Assembly (NCBI GenBank): GCA_964016885.1
Contig: OZ024745.1
Location: 78,616,001-78,680,000, forward strand
Length of the DNA stretch: 64,000 nt
From: Eledone cirrhosa
Taxonomy: Eukaryota
Direction: 5' to 3'
The notes below the pieces were generated by a model that searched no databases, was not told the DNA's origin, and was given only the letters and a program-made list of their open reading frames with translations. How positions within the stretch are numbered: position 1 is the first letter of the stretch; each line of letters starts with the position of its first letter. A program made the position numbers and the translations under genes. Shown piece by piece: positions 26,181-42,401 of the stretch.

Positions 26181-27029
26181 CCAGCGTTCGAGTCGGAGAC
26201 GCTGGCCGCGAAACTCGATCATCACTAACAACGAACGTGCAACCTTATGGGTGATTCCCAGCCTGCTAGAAATAGCAGTCAGGCTGGATAGCATACTCGG
26301 GATGTTTTCCTTGTTTCATGTTATAAAATTAGTATCAATAAACCTTCCTGGATATACCCTTATTCCATTGCTGTACTTACTTTTCGATTGTCACTTTTCG
26401 TTTTTGTATGATGCGCGCAGGAACCAACCAGCCAACAAACATCTCTCTTTTATATTATGTATAGATATATACATATACATAGTCATACATAAACAAATGT
26501 ATGTATGTACAATAATACATATGCCAATATACAAATGTGACTCATTAATTATCCGCAATGACGATTGTGGCGAAGTAGGTGTCACTTTCGTTATCACGAA
26601 GATCTAAAAGTTGTTGGCAGATTTCAAAAACGTTTTTGATTCTGTATGGCAGTGAATTAGCAATTAGATTGTAGATTAGAATGTCTTAAATTATGTTGAC
26701 CTTGTGCCTTCTGAGTTCAAATCCTACCAGAGTCCACTTTGCCTTATATCTGAATGATGGTTTGGCGGAATTGATCAAGCGTTTGATGAAATGCCCTGCA
26801 ATATTTAGTCTAGGCCCCTGTGTTCTAAATCCTTATCCAACTGTGACTGAATTGAGCCGAGGATCAAGCGATTTCCCGCTATAACACCGCCGCATGCTCC
26901 ATGGGTTCCTTTAGCAAAATCCATCCATTCTTTTGCAAACATTTGGGCTATACCTTCGGGCTAAAATATTTTTCCCCATCCTCACCACCATCGCCTTCCT
27001 AACTAAACAGTATCATATATATGTATGTA

Positions 27030-27093
<64 letters not shown>

Positions 27094-27101
<8 letters not shown>

Positions 27102-27220
27102 TAACAGATTAAAGTTTAAGCAAAGAATCGCTGCTTTCACCCTTCACGGGATCTTCAGAAGATCCCGTTAAGGGTGAAAGCAACGATTCTTTGCTTAAAC
27201 TTTAATCTGTTATTTTAATA
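27094..27220. mobile_element. Fold-back PLE end fragment (63-bp arms) centred on a hammerhead core
   Basis: Arms 27094-27156 and 27158-27220 with 2 mismatches. Centre TCTTCAGAAGA; each arm reads (CT)GAAGA-TCCC..GGG-T-GAAAGC; flanked by TA. Confidence 0.75.
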
Positions 27221-27308
27221 AATATTAGCTCTACGGTTCTTATATATTTGATATATATTTATCCTTATCGAACCCTCTTTGGATTTTATTCTTCAAATTT
27301 ATTATTAT

Positions 27309-27379
<71 letters not shown>

Positions 27380-27795
27380 TCATGACCAAACGGCTGAGCT
27401 CTTGCCCCCGCCGCCTTCCTTTAGCCGGGAAGAAACAACAACAACATTGACATCATCATCGTAACCACTATAACTACAATAATTGACGTGAAATCAAACG
27501 TTGTACACAAGAAAAGCAACGACAACACTGACACCACCACCACCACCAACAGCAGTAGCAGCAACAACAACAACAGAGACAACACCAACATCTCCACCAC
27601 CAGCAACAAAGAAAACAACAACACAAACAAGAACAACAACACCAAAATCAACTGGCAAGCGACCCAGAGCAAGTTGGTTGGATAACATCCAGCCGGATCT
27701 GTTGGAGACGGTTGTGACAGGATCCGTTGGGAGGAGTGTTTAAGGATCTGTCCCCACCACCTACTCAGGAATAAGTGCATGAAGAAGAAGAATTA

Positions 27796-27796
27796 A

Positions 27797-27853
<57 letters not shown>

Positions 27854-27860
27854 AAGTAGT
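27796..27860. repeat. (TAG)n microsatellite
   Basis: Direct reading. Confidence 0.95.
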
Positions 27861-28466
27861 ATAATTCAGGCAGTTATTTTAACAAGTTGAGAAATTAATG
27901 ATGCAATGAATCATGAGTGCTGTCGATTTCTTGGCATTTCTGCATAAAAGTGGATTAGAACACACTAGTGTATACTGAAATATATGTATATTAAGTGACG
28001 CTGAAAATATATAGGTTTAGTGATTCAAACACAATCTTCACACCATCTTTGTCAAAAAAAAAAAAAAAAAAAGAGTAAGATAGTGATAATATGAAATGGT
28101 ACTCTAATAAGCAATTGAACTGCCTTTGTAATAGTGATAGTTTGTAATAGTGATAGTTTACCTCCCACACCTTTACAATATTCTGGTTAAAGTTATTCAT
28201 TCACCAGCTGCTTAAAGGATTGCTAAGAACAGTCTCATTTTTTAATAAACGTCGCAATTTGTCATATTCTGAGTCAATTGAAGCCAGAAAAAACGCTCCA
28301 ACTTACGACCTTTACACTATGTTATATCTGACCCTTGAAAAGCGTCCGGTTAATCACGGATGTGGCCTCTAGTCAACTCAATTTCTTAAGTATCTACGTT
28401 AAGTTCCATGATTCAACTTCAGTTTCTCTAAAATATGTTTTTCTTTTCTCTCGCTTAATACGTTGT

Positions 28467-28536
<70 letters not shown>

Positions 28537-29349
28537 CTACATGCGCAAAAAGACATATCATTAAAATAGAAATACTGCATATATTACATAGTTCTTCAAC
28601 AAAATTTTTGTTCCTAAAAGGGCTTAACATCTACGAATTTATCTTCTAATTTCATCACGTTATAAAAGTAATTAAAATAAAATTTGCTCTAAAGACCCCT
28701 TCCATATTTAAATTATACCCCTTACCGTTAATGAATCAGAAAGACATCAAACATAATCGCATGTTATTCCGAAATGTTAACATGAAAAGAACCCACTCAA
28801 TTCAAACAATTTCTTTAGTGTATTTTTTCCTTCCTATTTTATCAAAAAATTGAAAAAAACATTTTTTTTATAATGATAATTTACCCAGTTTTTAAAAACT
28901 TCGTATTATTGTTAACTTCCTATCTTTAAAATTAATATTGTCCCTAATAATTATACAAGCATATTCGTTCTATATAATCTGACGTTTGTAAGTAGTTTGA
29001 AATACCAATTTAATGACATTCATACAGGAATAGATACTTTATTAATAATTCAGAAACTGAACTGATCGATTCGCCAACGATATTGGCAGTCGCTCGCCTT
29101 GCTGTAAATATAAGCCAAATCACTTTCAAACAACACCCTACTATCTTAGAAAGGAAGAGACCCATTTCATAATTGGTCCTGAGTACACACTACTTGAAAA
29201 GAAAACGAATGGTCGCAGCTTAAACACATTTGACCACTGGTCTTTGAATCATAGAAGATCAGGAGGCTAAATAACACCTAAATTGGATGTTATATTTCAG
29301 CGTTTACCAATCTTAGTAGAATCACTAAGTAATCTGACTGATAAAATGA

Positions 29350-29605
29350 CAAGTCAGTCAGTCATATTGGTGGCCTCCCACAGCCCCGGCGGACAGAATA
29401 GAGAAGGCGTCTCCCCAGAGGGCGGGGAAGGAGACGCACTGGAAAAGCCACTACAACTCACGGGGCTCACACCTGCGGCTGGCCATCTCAGCGCCTATGG
29501 TGGTGAGTAGGGAGGTTGCCCTAGGGCCGAGGACACCAGAAGTCTCTACTGCCAAGAGTACAACCGCAAATCTGTCCGGAGAGCGACCGGTACTTGAAGA
29601 GCTTA
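29350..29605 (-). mobile_element. 3' fragment of an RLE-endonuclease (CRE/R2-group) non-LTR element
   Basis: Minus strand KLFKYRSL..AVETSGVLGPRATSLLTTIGAEMA..EPREL*WLFQCVS..GDAFSIL matches the K..KY / P.AVET.G..G / L.QRLS....GNA C-terminus of RLE elements. Confidence 0.7.
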
Positions 29606-29769
29606 TGTTAAGTGCAGATAATTGTATTGATTGATATATGTGCGTTATGAAAAATTTTGACTATTATTTCAATCTGAATGGCGAAATACATTAACCGGAC
29701 GTTTTACTATACATATAGTAATCGGCTGTGTACAGCTACCCACCACGCTGAGATTCCTACAATTTTGTC

Positions 29770-30140
29770 GCTTCAATCCTATGGTCATGAATCTTGAGTA
29801 ATGACCGAAAGAATGGGATCGTGAATATAAGTGACAGAAATTAGGTTCTTTCGAAGGGTCTTCGGAGTAGCGTTACTCGATAGAGTGCGTAGCTCCAGAT
29901 CGAGCCACTGCTTCTCCAAATTGAGAGATCCCAACTTCAATATTTTGGGCATGTGTTTAGAATGTCTCAAGAAAGAACCGCTGAACAAATTTCACGGGCA
30001 AAACCAACCGACAGGAGACCCATTAGTAAACCCCGAGCAAGATGTGCTTGAGGACTCTGCTTCGATGACCCTCCCAGGTGGAAGAAGAAGAAGAAGAAGA
30101 AGAAGAAGAAGAAGAAGAAGAAGAATAAGAAGAAGAAGAA
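29770..30140 (+). mobile_element. Degenerate RTE-type 3' fragment with (GAA)n tail
   Basis: YGHES*V..EIRFFRRVFGVALLDRVRS followed by a GAA run at 30080-30140. Confidence 0.6.
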
Positions 30141-30649
30141 GTGATAGATTATATGTAAAGGTAATGTGATCATTTGAAGGAGCTTATCCATCTCTCAAAG
30201 CTTTCAGCTGGTATCCGACAGCATCCTCTGAAAATATAAAGTATAGGACCCCAAATGAAATGAGTTGTGGGTTACTAATGGAAGGTTGGCAATTCATAGT
30301 GAGTCATCACGCCGTTTATGTTGCTAGAGGACATCTAGAGAATTTATACACATCAAAAAAGTTTTAGAAAGTTGGCAGCGATGTTAAGGGAAAATGATGA
30401 TCTAACACACATTTTGTTTTGGCAGTCTTAAATATTATTTTTTTCTCCTTAATATCATTCTCTCTGATTTACGATGTCTATCTTAGTTCTCCGTGATTCA
30501 GCTAACAATTAATTTTTTAATAACTTTTAATTTTTAATTCTTAATTTATAAAAAATTCTATTATTTTCTAATATTTTCTTCCATTTTTGCCATTGTCAAT
30601 TTTTCATTTTTCTTCACCTCTTTTATCCCTCATTCCTGTCTCGAAGAAA

Positions 30650-31010
30650 TATTGACTGGTGTAATTTTACACAACAATGACTACCCCAGTATGAGTGTGT
30701 GTCTGTGAACCATATACATACCATGTCCGAACACAAAAGAACCAAACTCCCACTATCACTGCCTCCGTCTCTCTCCCGCTCTCCCCATCTCCCACTATTA
30801 TGAGTAATTGGGGACCCACGCACTGGTCGCCCCGCGGCCCCGGCGAACAGAATAGTGAAGGCGTTTTCCCGGAGGATAGTGAGGGAGCAGTGCTGGAAGT
30901 GCCACTCCAACTTGCGAAGCTCACACTTGCGGGTAGCCTACTCTGTGTCGATGGTGGCGAACAGGGAGATGACCAGAGGGACAAGGACACCAGAAGTTTC
31001 CACTGTTCAC
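30650..31010 (-). mobile_element. Second CRE/R2-group 3' fragment
   Basis: TVETSGVLVPL..LEWHFQHCSLTILRENAFTIL; alignable with 29365-29555. The left boundary is uncertain. Confidence 0.65.
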
Positions 31011-31065
31011 CTAACTGTAAATAGATATCATGTATTGTTATAGCTCATTATTGTAAACAGCGAGA

Positions 31066-31253
31066 TTGGCGGTGGATTGGCAGTATCGGTAGAGGATCGG
31101 ACGCCATGCTTTGACGCATAGAGTTACGGCCCTTTCCATTCTGAGTTCAAATTCCGCCGAGGTTAACTTTGCTTTTCTTCCTTGCGGGGTCGATAAAATA
31201 AAGTACCAGTAATACACTGGGTAATTGCTGGCCTTGTGCCAAAAGTAGAAACA
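31066..31253 (+). mobile_element. tRNA-derived SINE with 19-bp TSD
   Basis: TSD ATTATTGTAAACAGCGAGA at 31047-31065 and 31254-31272. Confidence 0.92.
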
Positions 31254-31916
31254 ATTATTGTAAACAGCGAGAACATTATTTCCTTAACACGCACCACAAT
31301 ATTCAACTTCTGTGGTAATAGCTAATAAAAAAAATGTATTTTACTAGTCTGGCTTGTCCTAGATTCACTAGATAAAGTCACAATATTTATTGCTACCCTT
31401 ATTCCGATGGCAATATCTATCTTTCGTCCAGCAACTTCATTTTTGATATAAAAAAAATATCTCATGAGGCTGATATTATTTATTAGCGCGATTTCGTGAC
31501 TCTTTCGAAATCTTCAGTCTAACTTCAGCGCCAAAGCATCTGAATATGTAATAATGTTTTAAATAATTTTCAAGTTTAAGCAATGCGATGTTGATCATAT
31601 GTCAAAATGGCATTTGAACTAAATGACATGTTACATAACATTCCCTAGATCTTTGAAGCGTGACATTCTCGAGAAGAGAAATCCTATTCATTCTAGTCTT
31701 CGATATGTTGAATGATTTTTTTTTTTTTTATTTGTTAGTGTGTTAAAATACAAGTCATCTTAGTGCCCCTCGTGCGTTTATCGTGATATCTCCGAAACGA
31801 TTTTGAAAGATCATCTGAGTTTGCAAGACAGGTAAAATGAAGAAGGGATTATATTAAAATAAATGGAGGAATCTAGTCTTGATGATGTAAAAACAAATCA
31901 CTTCTTTTTTTCATAA

Positions 31917-31959
<43 letters not shown>

Positions 31960-31969
31960 TAGATATATG

Positions 31970-32290
<321 letters not shown>

Positions 32291-32559
32291 AATATGTAAC
32301 GGGAATGATATGATTTCCGAAGCTCTTTAAGACGTTGCCCCAGTATGCCCGCAGACAAGTTCAATGACTGAATCTAAATCAGTGAAAGTTTTGTTTCATT
32401 TTTATTGTTTTTGTTCATTTACTATGTTGATTGTATGTCTATGGAATTAAAGCATTTCCGCACCTCACTAGGCTTAAACATGAACAACGCGTAATTAGAA
32501 CTCCCATGTTTGCTCCAACGGCTTGGCTTCATTCTCACAGAGGATCTCTCGTGGTGAAC

Positions 32560-32810
32560 GTACATCCTAAACATAGTTATAATAGTATTTAAAAGACTGA
32601 CCCGTCTCTTCAAAGACAGAAAATAATTCTGATCCTTTCAAAGGTCGGGTAAGTCCCACATTGAAGTAATGCTTCCATATTTGGGACGGTGCTGCTGCTG
32701 TCACACACTCAAACATCCTAGAACGCATCCAGAAAAAGGTTGCTCGCCTGAGTTGCATAAAACAATTGACAGACATTCTCCAGCACCTGGCCTACAGACG
32801 TTCTTTATGC
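32560..32810 (+). pseudogene. CR1/L2-group LINE ORF2 relic
   Basis: VSPTLK*CFHIWDG..ILERIQKKVARL resembles RP.LEYCS.IW..L.RIQ..A.R. Confidence 0.6.
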
Positions 32811-32817
32811 GTGTGTT

Positions 32818-32930
<113 letters not shown>

Positions 32931-33040
32931 GCGCGTATGCATGCGAATGAATATGTTTGATATAACATGTGTATCCCATCTTCATTAACAATCATATTTA
33001 CATACATACTTATGTACTTACGGTCTGAATTATTATTTTG

Positions 33041-33517
33041 ACTAGCAGAAAAACCACCCCTCGGGTGCTTTTTCTGCTAGCATGTGTAGTGTGTATATCG
33101 ATATTATACGCAAGTATATATACATGTAGATATGATACATCAAATAAAATCGTAATTGACAATATCCACAGAAATTGAACGAAGACTGTGTTACACTGTC
33201 TTATGTAATCAGTAACGTAATCCATGATACATTAAAAAAAGACGATATTATATATAAACTGCATTAGGAGAAAACTAGTGACAGCAATATATGTATGTTT
33301 ATTTAAGCGATCGCTAACCGGAAGTGTTGATATTTCAAATTTTTTAAAGAAATGAATCTTTAAATAAACAATAAAATATATTTAATCAACAGCCACGAAA
33401 TTTAGTAGATAAATTATGTAATCATTCATTATTTATTTAAAGTAATCCAACTTATTTTACTAATGGGATAAAAGATTATAAACCGTACGCAGTCCCGCGC
33501 TCCTTACTTTATTATAG
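33041..33517 (-). mobile_element. Helitron-like element
   Basis: Minus-strand start CTATATAATAAAGT; the end has the palindrome CTAGCAGAAAAACCACCC ctc GGGTGCTTTTTCTGCTAG. Confidence 0.45.
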
Positions 33518-34009
33518 TTTTGATGGAATAATTTTCGATGTACGATAATGTTAAAATTGGAGAGTAAAAAAAATGTTCGAAAGTAATGTGAAAGAGAGAG
33601 AGAGAGAGAGAGACTGCAGAAATATTAATACATGGTGATAGAAAAAGGCATTTGTGACAACAGAACAACAGCAGCGTCTATGACGAAGACAATTTGTTAG
33701 TAAAGTCATAAAAATGAGAAAAAAAGGGAGAGATATAAAAGAGATAGCAATAGGGAGAAAGAAATGGGGAAGAGAGTCTGGAGTGAGGCAGTAAGAAGCA
33801 ACGAACGATTTTTACATAAAAATGGGAGAGTGGAGAGAAACGGACAAACAGAAATATATATTAAAATAGATTTTCATTTTACACCAATATACCTACAATA
33901 TTTGATAAAGTAAAAAATCAATATGTAATCTAATTGTTAAATATCTTTAAAAACTACATTTATATAATCGCTATTAGCCTCTACTAATGTTACATTATTT
34001 TGTTCTCTT

Positions 34010-34389
34010 TGGTGGTGGATTGACAGAATCGGTAGAGTCGGACGCCATGCTTTCTAGCATAGTTACGTCCCTTTACAGTCTGAGTTCAAATCCCACCGAG
34101 GTTAACTTTGCTTTTCATCCTTACGGGGTCGATAAAATAAAGTACCAGTAATGTACTGGTTAATTGCTGGCCTTGTGCCTAAAGTAGAAACAATTATTTT
34201 GTTCTCTTTGGTGGTGGATTGACAGAATCGGTAGAGCGTCGGACTCCATGCTTTGCAGCATAGAGTTACGGTCCTTTATGGTCTGAGTTCAAATCCCGCA
34301 GAGGTTAACTTTGCCTTTCATCGTTACGGGGTCGATAAAATAAAGTACCAGTAATACACTGGAATAATTGCTGGCCAAAAGTAAAAACA
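34010..34389 (+). mobile_element. Tandem pair of SINEs with triple TSD
   Basis: ATTATTTTGTTCTCTT at 33994, 34193 and 34390 brackets two SINE copies. Confidence 0.92.
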
Positions 34390-34602
34390 ATTATTTTGTT
34401 CTCTTCATAATTTATTTCTTGAATCTGCCATGACATACCATTGTAAAACAAGGGACAAAAAAAAATAACACCGTTTTCATTCTACACGTGATATATAGTT
34501 GGTCCTTCTAATATGTATCTTGAAATAGTGTATCTATATCAGTGTACTCCTGTTCTCATTGTAGCTACCTTGCTCAGTAGCAGCATATGCATTCTCTCTC
34601 TC

Positions 34603-36962
<2,360 letters not shown>

Positions 36963-37571
36963 TGTGTCAGGTCACCAGTTGGTGCTATTGGTAACATGTA
37001 TCCCAGTACAACCTGTCTCATGGTCGGGTCGTTGGCGACTAAACTGGCAACCCCACCAAGGTTTCTTTGTGAGGAGGGTGGCTTTGGACATCCTGCAGGA
37101 CTAAAAACAAAACCTGTCAAAAGGCAAAGGGGCTCTTAAGAGTCAATAGCCATCCAAAATCACCGAGAGAGATGACCCCTTAGCCTTTGTCAAGGCAGAA
37201 TTATAGGAGAAGGAAAACTCTGATATAACACCTGCAACCCTGATGGTATCCAATGATATTGAATTGTTCTTCTTTTTTATAAATATCATCTTGGTTAAGA
37301 GAGTGGGACTGGCTTTGTGCAGTGCCTTTGCTCACTATAAAAGCTTCACAGCACAGGCATTGCTTTATATCTGGAGATCTCTCTGCACTTGTCACATGGT
37401 ACCATGGGCCCAGCACTATGTGTCAATAATTGTCACAAGTGTAGTGTTTGTACCAGAGTTTTCAAGTCGCTGGCTGGACTAAAAAGTCACACTCGTTCAG
37501 CGCATTGGTAGGGTTCTCCTACATGGATATAAAGTAGTGGCCGTACTCGAAAACGAGTTGGCAGCCACCAT
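36963..37571 (+). mobile_element. Longest copy of short RTE-derived element family A (about 610 bp)
   Basis: RTE-type 5' UTR (CTAAACTGGCAACCCC, GGAGAAGGAAAACTCTGA) joined to the zinc-finger-coding 3' end; no RT; TA-rich flanks on both sides. Confidence 0.88.
36970..37047 (+). ncRNA. Candidate degenerate HDV-like ribozyme at the 5' end of family A
   Basis: P2 CCAGT/ACTGG, J4/2 CTAA, P4 TCG-TTGG-CGA preceded by GGG, weak P1 GGTCA/TGGTC, J1/2 hairpin CCAGT..ATTGG. P3 does not pair cleanly. Confidence 0.4.
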
Positions 37572-37874
37572 ATGTATGTATATATATATATAATATGTAT
37601 GTATATGTATGTATGTATATATATGCATGTATATCTATATATATTTATATGTATGTATATCTATATATATTTATATGTATATCTATATATATTTATATGT
37701 ATGTATATCTATATATATATTTATATGTATGTATATCTATATATATTTATATGTATGCATATCTATATATATTTATATGTGTATATCTATATATATATAT
37801 ATATGTATATCTATATATATATATATATGTGTGTGTATATATCTATATATATATGTATATCTATATATATATTA

Positions 37875-38649
37875 AGACAGGGGGGGAAGAAAAAATGGCT
37901 TCACTTGTGCTTTCAACAAATTTATTTTCTTCACAAAATCCAAAAAGAATTTTTCTTAAAAAAAATTATTTTATAAATTAATTTGTTGGTTGTTGGTTAG
38001 GTCTTAGGAGTTCTTGGTTAACGTAGGAGGTATTGTTTCGTTTTTAGAAAGACCTTTCACGCTGAGGTGCGCTTGTCAAACTGATGTGTATGTGGAGTGT
38101 TATTCTATATATAGGGATTTAACATGTCTGGGGTGTGGTGGGGGTTTCTTTTCTCCCCCTTTAATAAGTGCATGGGTGTAGGTGTGTTGAAAAAGTGTTC
38201 ATAGCAGTAATGAGTTGAGATGGTGAGTGGGGTTGGGTGGGGAGAAATGTAGCAAGGGCGGCCTGCCCCGGTCATTCTCGAAAAATTCCTTTATTCAGGG
38301 GAAAAAGCTTTTAGTATTGTTTTTGTGTTGAGAATGGTCACAGGCAAATCGCACCTGTCAAGTTTGTGAATAATTATTTTTTTTCTTCTTTTTTTCCTGA
38401 AGAATTTTTCTACGTCCATCCCAAAGTTAGTCCTTTGTTCAACACACACATATGTGCGCATATACGTACATACACACACGGGCATATGTAGGAATATATA
38501 AGCACACACCATCAATCACACCCATGTACAAATACATCCACATACATACACAAAAACATATAGAGACACATATAAAAACACACATACACATACGTACACA
38601 CACGAATATGTACTCATACCTCCACATGGGTATATATATATATATATAT

Positions 38650-38682
<33 letters not shown>

Positions 38683-38941
38683 CATACATATACACATACA
38701 CACACATACAAACACACATATATATATATACACACACACATATATATATATATATATACATATATACATACATATACATACATACATATACATACATATA
38801 CACACATAAAGATACATAACTAAATATACATATATACACATACACGCACACATACACACACGCACGTGTATACACACACACACACACACACATACACACA
38901 TACATCTATATATATATACACATATAAAGAGAGAGGCATAC

Positions 38942-38976
<35 letters not shown>

Positions 38977-38977
38977 C

Positions 38978-39008
<31 letters not shown>

Positions 39009-39109
39009 CATACATATACATATACACATATGTACACATAAACACATACAGACACATACACACATATACATACATATATATCCATATACATATATATACA
39101 CATACATAT

Positions 39110-39162
<53 letters not shown>

Positions 39163-39223
39163 CACATACACATACAAGTACATACATACACACATACATA
39201 CATACTCATACATGTACATATAT

Positions 39224-39268
<45 letters not shown>

Positions 39269-39616
39269 TACATACATATATATATACATATATATACACA
39301 CATACACACACATGCATACACACATACATATATACATATATATATATATGTGCGTACACACGAGCACATAAAGACACATATACACATACACATATATATA
39401 CATATATATACATATATATACACATACATCTACATACATACATATACACAAACAGAAACATACACATATGTACACACATATATACATATATGCACATACA
39501 TACACACACACACACATATATAGGTACATTCATATACATACACACACACATAAACATACATATCTATCCATATATATATATATATACACACACACATACA
39601 AACATACACACATCCA

Positions 39617-39665
<49 letters not shown>

Positions 39666-41390
39666 ACATACATATATACCCACACGTACATACATCCATA
39701 CATCCCTACACACATATATGTGTGTGTCTCACCGTTTACTCAGATATTCATGTGTATACATAAGAAGGGGGGGGGGTAGTGAAATGGAATTTTACCTCCG
39801 AGTGTTAATTCATTTTTTCGTGTTCAGTAGTGGTTTAAATTTTTCAATGAAGAATTCTTCTTTATATCTGCGGAAATGTTCGTTATCCGACCATATCTTG
39901 AAGAAAGGGAAGATTGTGAATTTTCCCTTCCTGCATGATGCAAAGTGTGCGCTACATGTGGTATTTCTGACTGTGGGGTCTTTAATTTGTTGTTTATGTA
40001 CCCGGACTCTATCATGTAATCCCGTTCCGGTTTCCCCAATGTAATACTCTTTACACTGTGGACATGTTGCGCAATATATTAGGTTTTTCGTTTTGCAGTT
40101 CATGTTAGCATTGACCTTGAAATTATCATGGTTTTTGAAGGACAACTGTTTGCCCTCTTCAATGAGTTCACAGGTTCCACATCTAGGGTCCCCGCATTTC
40201 GTCACTTGCATTGATTCCATATTGGTCGTAAATTTTGCCTTGGTAATTAGTTTTTTAAGGTTGGGTGCTTGGCGTCTGCTATAAATTATCTGTGTGTTTT
40301 TTAAGAGTGCATTCATTTTGGTAGATTGCTGTAGAATCGGGAGATACTGCTTAGCAGTTTTCACAATGTTGATGTTCCCTGGGTTGTCAGTGATGACAAA
40401 AGAGATAGCAGGGTTTTCTTTTTTATGTTGTGGGTTTGGTTTTCTCAGTGTTGTTATTGGGATGTTCTTAGCCTTGGAGATGGCTGCGTTGATGAGTTTC
40501 ATCGGGTATTCTTGTTTTTTAAGGAATTTTTTCAGGTCACATAATCTTTTTTCTTGTAGTACGGGTTGTGTTGCTATAGTGCAGATGCGCCTTGCCATGT
40601 TGAAGGGAATGTTCCTTTTCGTATGTGAGGGGTGTGCTGACCGGAAATTTAAGTATTGGTGTGTGTCAGTGGGTTTGGAAATAGGTCCGTTATGATATTT
40701 TCCCCTTCTTTGATGATGAGGATATCTAGAAAGGGCAGTTCCTTTTCGTTACATTCCATAGTGAATTGTATAGCTTCATGAAGCCTGTTTAGGATCGAAT
40801 AAAATTTGTGTAGGTCTGTTTGGCTTCTGTTCCAGAAGATGAAGCAGTCATCTAGGTAACGTTTCCAGTTTTTATTAATGTATTAATGTAGAAGGCGAAG
40901 TCGTGACTGAATGTTATCTGTAGTTGGGAATATAATTTTGCCTCTAAGTGACCCATAACGAGCGTTGCATATGTAGGGGCCACTTTGTTACCCATGGCTG
41001 TTCCTTTTATTTGTAGATAAAGTTCGTTGTCAAAGAGGAAGTGGTTGTTTTCCAATACTAATTTAAGTCCTTCCAAGATGAATTCTTTGGGGAATCTTTC
41101 TGAAATGTGACTTGAGTGTTTTGTAATCCAGAAGTCCACAGCTTCAATCCCTAGGTCGTGTGGGATGTTAGTGTACAGGCTTATTACATCAAAACTGACT
41201 AGGATTGTATCCTGGTGTACTTTTTGGAGGATATAGTTAAGGAATTCCATATCATCTCTGATGTAGCTTGGAACTTTTTTACATAGGGGTTTGAGTATGA
41301 TGTCTAATAGGTTGCTTAGACGTTGTGTGTTTGAGGCTGGGCCAGCAATAATGGGGCGTAATTTTAAGTCTGTCGGTTTTGGTGCTTCGA
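37875..41390 (-). mobile_element. 5'-truncated Penelope-like element (Neptune-like) with microsatellite-rich 3' region
   Basis: Coding relic 41390-39810. The downstream CA/TA tract and a unique end with CCCTATATATAG plus a degenerate hammerhead-like motif near 38050-38085 are assigned to the element by inference. Confidence 0.7.
39810..41390 (-). pseudogene. PLE reverse transcriptase + GIY-YIG endonuclease, frameshifted
   Basis: LRPIIAG, VSFDVISLYTNIPH, GTAMG, RYLDDCF (40843-40863), LPFLDI, CGDPRCGTC linker, NLIYCATCPQC..YIGETG..RVRVH, LN. Frameshifts near 40880 and 40680. Confidence 0.92.
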
Positions 41391-41527
41391 TATATTCGAT
41401 ATATTCGATATATTCGATATATATATATATGTGTGTGTATATATCTATATATATATGTATATCTATATATATATATATGTGTGTGTGTATATATGACACT
41501 CATATAAGTGTTCATTCATTAATAAAT

Positions 41528-41565
41528 TGCTCCGAAGAGCGGTTTGGAGGAAACAGTTGTAAGCA
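41528..41565 (+). ncRNA. Degenerate hammerhead motif in a PLE end fragment
   Basis: TGCT-CCGAAGA-...-GAAA-CAGTTG-TA-AGCA. Stems I and III pair; the core has a U>C change and stem II is decayed. Confidence 0.45.
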
Positions 41566-42057
41566 TAAAAATGTTTTGAACAGTTCTTTGATTCTTATAT
41601 TTCATATAACTGCTCTGTAAATCATCTGATGTTTTTACATTGAGCTACTTAACTTACTGGTAATAAAGTAGTAATATATTACTGCCTACCACTATTTAGG
41701 GTTTGTATAAAAATATATATAACTGCAAAAGGTTTTTGTATTTACATAACCATAAATAGTATAATTAATACCATATATGTATATATATATTTATGTATAT
41801 ATATATGTATATGTATATATTTATTTATATATGAATATGTCATTTATTTTGTCTGACCTGTTTACCATGACTTGTTTTTTTGGCTTAGGTGGTTTATGGC
41901 TTCTTGACAGCCTTCTCAGTTTTGTATGGCCTTTATAACCTATGTTTATTGCTCTAGGTTTTTTTAGCCCATGGAGCGCTTGCCAGCATGACTCGGAATT
42001 TGCGTTACGTTTCGCTTTTTCTACCCGCCGAAATGCGATTCTCGCTGAATTTATATT

Positions 42058-42094
<37 letters not shown>

Positions 42095-42319
42095 GTGTGT
42101 GTATATATATATATATGTGTGTATATATATAGAGAGAGAGAGAGAGAATTAGTACATTTACCAACATATGTGTACAGATGTTCACCTATGCTAGCAAATA
42201 TATATGTTATGTCTTAGTACCTTTGTGGTTCTATGCAGGGGGATGCAGAACAATTATATGAAATACGTAAAATAAGAAAATTTTAAAAATTAAAAATCAA
42301 CTTACTTACTAAAATTTTC

Positions 42320-42401
42320 ACTCCAACTAATTAGTTTCTGTATGGGGACAAATATAGTTACATAATATAACTATAGAGAATTCCATACGTCATCAGGGAG
42401 T
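42320..42401 (-). ncRNA. Type I hammerhead ribozyme with extended stem II
   Basis: Minus strand: ACTCC CTGATGA C GTATGG..TATAGTTA tattatg TAACTATA..CCATAC A GAAA CTAATTAG TT GGAGT. It lies in a TA-flanked island of about 42146-42465. Confidence 0.85.

Noticed and set aside
26030-26460. Degenerate direct repeat of about 70 bp (26030 and 26386)
   Set aside because: Old and short, with no TSD or coding content; cannot be called an LTR pair.
27376-27790. CAA-rich segment resembling a LINE ORF1 N-terminus
   Set aside because: Similarity is only compositional.
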